From: Actinomycetota bacterium
Lineage (GTDB): Bacteria > Actinomycetota > Geothermincolia > Fen-727 > Anoxymicrobiaceae
Direction: 5' to 3'
Length of the DNA: 58,956 nucleotides
Assembly: GCA_016927325.1 (NCBI GenBank)
Contig: JAFGMY010000170.1
Span: 1 to 58,956 of the forward strand
Position numbers and translations under genes: made by a program. Position 1 is the first letter of the stretch, and every line of letters starts with the position of its first letter. Shown here piece after piece: positions 39,890-47,082 of this stretch. A model generated the notes under the pieces. That model was not told the origin of the DNA. It made no database searches and saw only the letters and a program-made list of their open reading frames with translations.

Positions 39890-40369
39890 TTATTTGATCT
39901 CGCTGAAATACTGTTTGAACTGGGCGGGCGTCGGCATCAGGCGAAAAGACGCTTGCGCTTCAGCCACTGTTTCTCCCGATGAATTGAGTATCTTCAGGTC
40001 CATCGCTTTATCCGCCTTGCCCGATCTTTCGAGTTCGCTCATCAGCAACCGAGCTTCTTCCGGGACAACAACCGCTTCACAGCTGAGCTCCCCGCGTGGC
40101 ATGGCTTTGAAACGGATATTTAGTATCGTGTTGAGAACAATGGTATCGGCAGGATCGAGGTAATGAAAAATCGCCATGCCGCCCGCGGTCTCGGCCAGAC
40201 CGCAGATAACACCGGCGTGAACAAGCCCGAACGCATTGAGGTTGGACGGGTCGTCGTCGAGAATTATAACTACCGTGCCGTCCTCTCCGATACCGCGGAA
40301 CTTCATGCCGCTGCGGCCGGCGAAAGGACAGTTACTTTCAACCATTCTTTTCATCATCAGAGCGTCCAT
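39890..40369 (-). CDS. PaaI / 4HBT-type hotdog-fold thioesterase
   Basis: NAFGLVHAGVICGLAETAGGMA core motif of PaaI-like thioesterases. 159 aa. Confidence 0.7.
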   Translation of the reverse strand: MDALMMKRMVESNCPFAGRSGMKFRGIGEDGTVVIILDDDPSNLNAFGLVHAGVICGLAETAGGMAIFHYLDPADTIVLNTILNIRFKAMPRGELSCEAVVVPEEARLLMSELERSGKADKAMDLKILNSSGETVAEAQASFRLMPTPAQFKQYFSEIK

Positions 40370-40480
40370 GAGTCAATTCTCCCTGATTTGTGGACCATGG
40401 CTTATTCCTGTTCTCATGATTGTGCCGCCCGGGTAACCATGTTGTAGCGGGTATTAATTATCATTGTACTGATATCCGTG

Positions 40481-41026
40481 TCAAACAGAAGATGTGGATG
40501 ATCCCAGGGCTTCCTCGACGGCCTTGTTGAAAAGCGGAATATCAGCCGGTTTTCTTGAGGTTATCAGGTTGCCGTCGATAACCACCGGCTCATCCACGAA
40601 GTCGGCGCCGGCTTCAAGCATCTCCTTTTTTATCTTGTGATACCCGGTTATCCGCCTGCCTTCAAGCAGACCCGCCGAGGCCAGCATCTGAGGGCCGTGG
40701 CAGATTGCCGCCAGGGGTTTTCCGCTTTCAAAGAAGCTTCTGACCAGTTCCACCGCTTCCGGGTGCTTCCGCAGGTTGGCCGGGGATCTTCCACCGGGTA
40801 TTATCAGCGCGTCGTATTTTTCGATGTCAACTTCCCCGGGTGTCTTGTTTACTTCGATTTCCGCTTTAAAGTGCAGGCCTTTCAGTTTTTTCTTCTCAAG
40901 CCCCACGACGTCGACCTCAGCCCCATTGTCCCTTAGAAATTCCAGGGGTTCTTTCGCTTCCCCGTCCTCGAACATAGGCCCTAGAAGCATCATCACTTTT
41001 TTCTCTTTGAAGGACACTCTTATCAC
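40481..41026 (-). CDS. DJ-1/PfpI-family protein (type 1 glutamine amidotransferase-like, PfpI protease subgroup)
   Basis: Nucleophile elbow AAICHGPQMLASAGLL, plus YDALIIPGGRSP and a C-terminal ITSRKPADIPLF. Confidence 0.9.
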   Translation of the reverse strand: MIRVSFKEKKVMMLLGPMFEDGEAKEPLEFLRDNGAEVDVVGLEKKKLKGLHFKAEIEVNKTPGEVDIEKYDALIIPGGRSPANLRKHPEAVELVRSFFESGKPLAAICHGPQMLASAGLLEGRRITGYHKIKKEMLEAGADFVDEPVVIDGNLITSRKPADIPLFNKAVEEALGSSTSSV

Positions 41027-41398
41027 CAGCCTTATGACTCAGGGTGAAGCTCATAATGAAAATGGTTCCCGATTAAATCGGCCGCTAAACAATAAAGAGT
41101 CTTTTCTGTTCGTTGATGCTGTTCGATGTTGCTTCGGGCAAGGTGGCGATTCCAGGCAGGGGATCGAGGTTCTCCGCTTGATGTTTACCGGCCCGAAGAT
41201 TGGGAATTCGATAAATGCGTGAGAGCAGTAACTTATGGATCAGGATAAACATGTAGCACGGAGTTGACGGGCGGGAGATGCGGACAGGAGTGCGTAAGAA
41301 TACAGTCATGAGTGCCGTAATGCCCAATGAACCATGAACAGCGGCTGTGTGAATTCCCGGGTTCAAAATTTGTATGGAGTTGTCCGGATGGGAGAAAA

Positions 41399-42385
41399 AT
41401 GAAAGAGGCCCTTTTTTATGAACCGCTGGGCGGAAACAGGGTACACTGCCTGCTCTGCCCGCAAGACTGCGTTATCGCTCCGGGCAGGACGGGGTTCTGC
41501 AGGGTAAGGGTAAACAGGGGTGGCACTCTCTTCAGCCTGAACTATGACCGTGTAATGGCTGCCGGCATGGACCCGGTGGAAAAAAAACCGCTCTATCATT
41601 TCCACCCGGGTGCGGCAATATTTTCGATAGGCACCATAGGGTGCAACCAGCACTGTGATTTCTGCCAGAACTGGCAGATGCTCGAACCCGACGCTCCCGC
41701 TTCGGAGATGAGTGCTGAAACCGCGGTCCGGGAGGCGAAAGAAAGGGGGTCGACAGGGATAGCATATACGTATAATGAGCCGGGCGTATGGTACGAGTTT
41801 GTGATCGAGTGCTGCCGGCTTGTCAGAAATGAAGGAATGAAAAACGTTCTGGTGACAAACGGTTCCATCAACCCGGAACCTTTCTTACGTCTTGCGCCTC
41901 TCGTCGACGCGATGAATATCGACATAAAGTCCATGGAACCCGGCTTCTACCGGAAGATCTGCAAGTCGGAACTCGAGCCTGTGCTTTCCACATGCCGTGC
42001 CGCGAAGGCGGCGGGCATCCACCTGGAGATAACCAACCTTGTGATCCCCACACTCAACGACTCGGACGAACTCATATCAAAGCTCGTCGATTTTGTGGAG
42101 GAACTGGGGCCGGAGGTCCCGCTTCATTTTTCCTCCTATTTTCCAAGCCATAAGATGAGGATAGGGCCTACCCCGCTCTCATCCCTTTTGAGAACCGGGG
42201 ATATCGCCCGGAAGAAGCTCTACTATGTCTACCTTGGAAACGTTTCAGTTCATGAAGGTTGCGATACGCAGTGCCCCGGGTGCGGCAACACCCTCGTAAA
42301 GAGATGCGGCGCGGCGGCCTCGGTAACCGGAATCGGGGAAGGCCGCTGCCTGAACTGCGGCCGCACCGCGGACTTCATTCTCTGA
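41399..42385 (+). CDS. amrS: AmmeMemoRadiSam-system radical SAM enzyme
   Basis: FYEPLGGNRVHCLLCPQDCVIAPGRTGFCRVR N-terminal Cys motif, then the radical SAM CNQHCDFCQNW, and a C-terminal CPGCGN..C..CG. Start placed at ATG 41399. Confidence 0.8.
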   Translation: MKEALFYEPLGGNRVHCLLCPQDCVIAPGRTGFCRVRVNRGGTLFSLNYDRVMAAGMDPVEKKPLYHFHPGAAIFSIGTIGCNQHCDFCQNWQMLEPDAPASEMSAETAVREAKERGSTGIAYTYNEPGVWYEFVIECCRLVRNEGMKNVLVTNGSINPEPFLRLAPLVDAMNIDIKSMEPGFYRKICKSELEPVLSTCRAAKAAGIHLEITNLVIPTLNDSDELISKLVDFVEELGPEVPLHFSSYFPSHKMRIGPTPLSSLLRTGDIARKKLYYVYLGNVSVHEGCDTQCPGCGNTLVKRCGAAASVTGIGEGRCLNCGRTADFIL

Positions 42386-42597
42386 CATCAGCCGGAGAGT
42401 GTTTCATTTCTAACAAGGTGGAGAAATCAGTTTGTTTCCATAAATTAATATTTTTCGGAACCCGGGTGTAAACCGGGACAGGCGGCACGGGCCGTCCGAG
42501 TAAAAGGCGCGCTGGAAAGACATGCAGGCGGACGTGCCGGAGGTGGTATGATTTACTGGAATGTCAGGCTACGGCTACAAAAAACCAGGAGGGTGAA

Positions 42598-44316
42598 ATG
42601 TCGGACGGCTGCACCGGTTGTTTGCCTGTGGGGATAAGGTCAGTATCGGATCTTCAACCTGGCGACCATACTTGCTGCATCTACGAAAATGACGAGCAGC
42701 ACAGGGATCTCTTGACTTCATATATGCGTGTTGGTCTTGCCGAAAACGACAAGATAATTTATATCGTGGATGAACGTGCGGACAGAGTGCTGATAGAGTA
42801 TCTTGAACAGAAAAGAGTAGATCCCTACCCGTTTCTCGAAAGCGGGCAGTTGTCGTTTATGACCGCGGATGAAGCATACTTGCGAAACGGGAAGTTCGAT
42901 CCCGGGGAAATGATCGACCTTCTCCGCTCTGAAATGGGGATTGCGTTGAACGAGGGTTACCGCGCGCTGAGGGTAACCGGCGAGATGAGCTGGGCGTTGA
43001 AGGGATTACCGGGGTCGGAAAGGCTCATAGAGTATGAAGCCAGGCTCAATGAATTTTTTCCGGGCAGCGCCTGCATGGCGATCTGCCAGTACGATGGAAG
43101 AATATTTAATCCCGAGGTTCTTCTGAGTGTCCTCTCCACGCACCCGATTGCGGTTATAGGGGATGATTTTTTTGACAATTTCTACTACGTGCCGCCCGAG
43201 AAGTACTTTTCGGCCGAGCGTTCAAAGGCTGTGTACGAGCAGTGGGTCACCACGTTGAAAACTTATAATCACGCGTGCCGCGGACTTGAGGAGAGGGAGG
43301 GGGAACTCGTAGACTTGCTGGAGTCCTCCCTGGAGGGAGTGACCACCACCTCGCCTGAAGGTCGCTATGTTTTCGCAAACTCGGCCGCCGCCTCAATGCT
43401 CGGTTATGAAAGCCCTGTGCAGATGATAGGCAGGCACGCGTCCGAACACTACGGTTCCAGTGAGCTCAGGGGAAAAGTGATAACAGATCTCTTTGAAAAA
43501 GGGGAGTTGAGAAACTATGAAGCCACGGCCAGGAAGCTTGACGGGACTATCTTCCCGGTGCGCCTGAGCTCGACTTACAAGGAGGATGCGGACGGAAACG
43601 TCGAGAGCATAACGACTTTCTTTCAGGATATCACCGAGCAGAAGCGGGAAGAGGAGCTTAAAATGATGCGCGCGCTTTCCGAACACGTGATAGCTGAAAG
43701 GGAAAGGGAGCGAAAGGAAGTCGCAAGAGAAATCCATGACGAGTTTGGACAGGCCTTGAGCTGCATGAAGATGGATTTGAGCTGGCTGATCAAAAATCTT
43801 CCGCCTGGAAAACCGGAGGTTGCCGAAAAGCTCGAAGAGCTGAGCGAGCTGACCGAATCGAGCTTCGGCCGGATGCGGGACCTGGTAACCCGGCTGCGTC
43901 CGGCTGTTCTTGACAGGCTCGGCCTCGCGGCCGCGCTGGAATGGCAGCTCGAGGATTTCCGAAAGCACTCCGGTGTCGACTACGCGGTCAAAGGTGATCT
44001 CGATGAAGCCCTGGTCGATAAGAAAGACGAAATCGTTGTTTTCAGGATTATAAAGGAATCACTCACAAACGTTGCCCGTCATTCCGGCGCCGACAAGGTT
44101 GAGTTGTCGTTTGAGGAAGCAGGCGGCGGTTATATTTTCAGGGTCGCCGACAACGGCAGGGGAATTTCACTAACCGAGAACGATGGGACTTCCATGGGAA
44201 TCCTTGGCATGAGAGAGAGGGCGAGGGGCATCGGAGGAATACTTTCGATAATAGGAGAGGAAGGAAAGGGAACGGAGGTTATTTTGAAGCTTCCAGGCCG
44301 TGGCGGAAGCGGCTGA
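42598..44316 (+). CDS. Sensor histidine kinase: MEDS domain - PAS - HisKA_3 - HATPase_c
   Basis: MEDS-type start GDHTCCIYENDEQHRDLLTSYMRVGLAENDKIIYIVDE. PAS segment with FQDITEQKREEE. HisKA_3 H-box REIHDEFGQAL. N/G boxes LTNVARHS and DNGRGI..GMGILGMRERA. Confidence 0.85.
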   Translation: MSDGCTGCLPVGIRSVSDLQPGDHTCCIYENDEQHRDLLTSYMRVGLAENDKIIYIVDERADRVLIEYLEQKRVDPYPFLESGQLSFMTADEAYLRNGKFDPGEMIDLLRSEMGIALNEGYRALRVTGEMSWALKGLPGSERLIEYEARLNEFFPGSACMAICQYDGRIFNPEVLLSVLSTHPIAVIGDDFFDNFYYVPPEKYFSAERSKAVYEQWVTTLKTYNHACRGLEEREGELVDLLESSLEGVTTTSPEGRYVFANSAAASMLGYESPVQMIGRHASEHYGSSELRGKVITDLFEKGELRNYEATARKLDGTIFPVRLSSTYKEDADGNVESITTFFQDITEQKREEELKMMRALSEHVIAERERERKEVAREIHDEFGQALSCMKMDLSWLIKNLPPGKPEVAEKLEELSELTESSFGRMRDLVTRLRPAVLDRLGLAAALEWQLEDFRKHSGVDYAVKGDLDEALVDKKDEIVVFRIIKESLTNVARHSGADKVELSFEEAGGGYIFRVADNGRGISLTENDGTSMGILGMRERARGIGGILSIIGEEGKGTEVILKLPGRGGSG

Positions 44317-44382
44317 CCGGGCTTCAGCCTGCCCTGGGAATTCCTGATTTACGGCTTGATTTATCGGGAAAAGCTGCTTTAG

Positions 44383-45201
44383 TTATGAGCGTGAAAACTT
44401 TGATGCCGTGTCTCTGTCGGAAAAGAAGTCCCTTATCAGACCGCAGGCCCTGCTCTCTAACCTCGAAACCTGCATCTGGGAAATTCCGAGGTGTTTTGCC
44501 ACGGAAGCCTGGGTCCTCCCCGTTTTCATACGCAGTTCAAACACCTCCCTGAGAGATTCGGGCAGTTCTTCAACGGCCTGCTCCATCATGATGGCATCTT
44601 CCAGTTCGTCGAGGTGCGGGTCCCCGCGCCCGAGAATTGATCCCAGCTGGAACGAGCAGTCAGGGCAGGTGGGCTTGTCTATCGATAAGGGCGCGATAAA
44701 ATTGTCGAGGCAGCTTGCTTCCAGCAGAACCTTTTCCTCGATACCCAGTATTTCCGACAGATGAGCCGGGGTAGGCAGCGTGCCGTTCGCGCTCAGATAA
44801 CTCTGTTCCGCTTCTTTTATCACACTCTTGAGTTTCCACATTCTCCTCGGCAGCCTGATCATCTCTGCGTCGTCTCTGTAAAACTTCTTCAGTTCCCCTT
44901 CTATGTTGGGATAAGCGTAAAATTTGAAAGCGGAGCCTCTGTCGGGATCATAACGGCGTATCGCCTTCATAAGACCTACGGCGGCGACCTGGTAGGCGTC
45001 GGTATAAGGCAGCAGCGATGACTTGTATTTAAATGCGAGCCTGCCGAGCAGGTCCCCGTAAATCGAGAAGATGCCCTCGACCGCTTCCCGGTCTTCTTCC
45101 TCGATGGCCTTTTTAAGCAGTTTGCGCTCGCAACGGTTTCCGTGGGAACACTGTGAGACACCCGGACACTTTTCCTGCGAACAGCACCCTTCGTTTTTCA
45201 T
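44383..45201 (-). CDS. Group 3 sigma-70 family factor (SigB/SigF/SigG type) with a Cys-rich N-terminal extension
   Basis: Region 2 (LGRLAFKY..AYQVAAVGLMKAIRRYD) and region 4 (QASVAKHLGISQMQVSRLESRA). AAGGA lies 7 nt upstream of ATG 45201, which is 10 nt after the STAS stop codon. Confidence 0.85.
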   Translation of the reverse strand: MKNEGCCSQEKCPGVSQCSHGNRCERKLLKKAIEEEDREAVEGIFSIYGDLLGRLAFKYKSSLLPYTDAYQVAAVGLMKAIRRYDPDRGSAFKFYAYPNIEGELKKFYRDDAEMIRLPRRMWKLKSVIKEAEQSYLSANGTLPTPAHLSEILGIEEKVLLEASCLDNFIAPLSIDKPTCPDCSFQLGSILGRGDPHLDELEDAIMMEQAVEELPESLREVFELRMKTGRTQASVAKHLGISQMQVSRLESRACGLIRDFFSDRDTASKFSRS

Positions 45202-45211
45202 ACCGATTTCC

Positions 45212-45703
45212 TTAAGCACTGCCGTAGTTGTCAATGTTTTCCTCCTTTATGGAAAGGCACAGGTCGAGCCCGGTAAACGAAAACAACCTCCCGATCCGGG
45301 CGTTTTCGCAGTATACGAGAAGTCCGTTGCCGCTTGACGAAAGTACCTTATGGACCTCGACAAGGAGAGACAAGCCACTGCTGTCCATGAATTCGAGGCC
45401 GTTGAGATCGAGTATGAAACCTTTGCTGCCTGCCATGACCTTCTCGAGAAGGTAATCCTCAACCTGCTTTGCGGTCATGATGTCCAATTCTCCGCTGAGG
45501 CGGACGCAGGGGGTTCCGTCCAACTCTCCGGGTTTGATGACCACCCGGCTTCCCGATACCGGAAACCCGTTATTTGGCATAGACCGGTTATCATGTGGTG
45601 CCTGCCTCATGTCCCTGCTGGTTTTCATGATCACTCCATCCATTGTCCGGCCGGCTTCCGACAGTAAAAATCCTACAGGCAGGGCGGGTTGGGGGGTATC
45701 CAC
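45212..45703 (-). CDS. STAS-domain anti-sigma-factor antagonist (SpoIIAA/RsbV-like)
   Basis: VRLSGELDIMTAKQVEDYL...ILDLNGLEFMDSSGLSLLV, with the conserved phosphorylatable Ser context DSSGL. The real start is probably an internal Met (45580-45643). Confidence 0.8.
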   Translation of the reverse strand: MDTPQPALPVGFLLSEAGRTMDGVIMKTSRDMRQAPHDNRSMPNNGFPVSGSRVVIKPGELDGTPCVRLSGELDIMTAKQVEDYLLEKVMAGSKGFILDLNGLEFMDSSGLSLLVEVHKVLSSSGNGLLVYCENARIGRLFSFTGLDLCLSIKEENIDNYGSA

Positions 45704-45831
45704 GAATTCGCCAATTTCGCGTAGGGAAAATAACGTGATAAGGGTGGTTAAAAACGGCGGAGGTGTGTAGCGATATTGACTACAGGGGTATTTCGATAGA
45801 AATCATTAACCTGGAGGGAACTGCCGCCGGC

Positions 45832-46461
45832 TTACTCAATAAGACCGTTTTTCACTGCATAGTAGGTGAGCTCGGAGTCGTTTTTCATTCCCATCTTGTT
45901 GATGATGCGTTCCCGGTAGGTTCTTACGGTACTTGCGCTGATCGAGAGCTTTTCGGCTATCTCTTTAATCTCGAGACCCTGTGCCACCATCCTGATTACC
46001 TGCAACTCCCGGTCGGACAGCATCTCGTGGGGCATATCTACGGGTGTCTTATCAACCTGCGCCGCAAGCCGTTCGGCGACGGACTCGGTTATGTAGCGGC
46101 CGCCGGAAGCCACCTTGCGGATTGCGGAGACGAGTTCCCCTGAGATCCGGTCTTTGCTCAGGTAGCCCATGGCGCCGTTCTTGAGACACCGTACCCCCAT
46201 CTGGTCCTCCGGGTGCACGCTCAAGATAAGGACCCTCACCTGCGGGTAAGCCGACCTGACATCTTTCAAGACGTCGAGGCCGTCGCAGTCGGGCAGTTCT
46301 ATGTCCAGGACGAGCACGTCCGGCAGGGCTTTTCCGAGGAGCTTCTTGAGGTCGCCGTAATCCGCTGCTTCTCCAATGAGCTTCAACCCCGGTTCATTTT
46401 CAAGGACCTGCCTGAGTCCTTTTCGAACTATCGGATGGTCGTCGAGAATTTGTACTTTTAT
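45832..46461 (-). CDS. NarL/FixJ-family response regulator (REC plus LuxR-type HTH)
   Basis: MIKVQILDDHPIVRKGL, phosphoacceptor context VLVLDIELPDCDG, and HTH LSDRELQVIRMVAQGLEIKEIAEKLSISASTVRTYR. Confidence 0.9.
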   Translation of the reverse strand: MKVQILDDHPIVRKGLRQVLENEPGLKLIGEAADYGDLKKLLGKALPDVLVLDIELPDCDGLDVLKDVRSAYPQVRVLILSVHPEDQMGVRCLKNGAMGYLSKDRISGELVSAIRKVASGGRYITESVAERLAAQVDKTPVDMPHEMLSDRELQVIRMVAQGLEIKEIAEKLSISASTVRTYRERIINKMGMKNDSELTYYAVKNGLIE

Positions 46462-47082
46462 CATTTTCCAGGTGTTCTCCGCCATCATCTGCCAAAGAAT
46501 TGTCAACCTCGATAAATATACAGCTTCGGTAGCCTGAAAGCCACACAGGAAAGATGTGGACCGGCGGTCTGCCCGTAAACAATGAAAGGTATTTTACGCG
46601 CTCGATCGTATTTGGACCGATGTGCTCCTCAAGACCTCTTTACCGTTCTTTCCCGGCGGTTCGTCCGATCATCAGCCGGACGCTTTTTTCCTGGGGCGCC
46701 GGGCGGATTTCTCTTTCGGAGCCCCTTCGCCTTTCTTGTTTCCCTTGACCTGCCTGAGACCTATTGTTTTGAAGGGCGAAAACATTGATGTCAATAACAT
46801 TGCTAGAGCAGTTTTCTTGCAGGGGAATCTCTTTCACCCGTAGCTTTACCGGTTAGAGAAACAGCCTGCCTGTTCACCGTATCCGTTCCGTTTAGACGGC
46901 GTGCCGGCTGATGTGCCGGCCAAGCAGAGACAGGGTTGCGGCAATAAAAATGGATCCGGAGTTCGGAGCCTTCAAAGGTGGAGCGTTCTGTAGTAGCATA
47001 ATAGTCGGCAAACAAATGACTTATTTCTGTAAAAAGACTTGCAAGTCCAAATATTTCTTGCGGTATTGGAAGGGAGCCTGTC

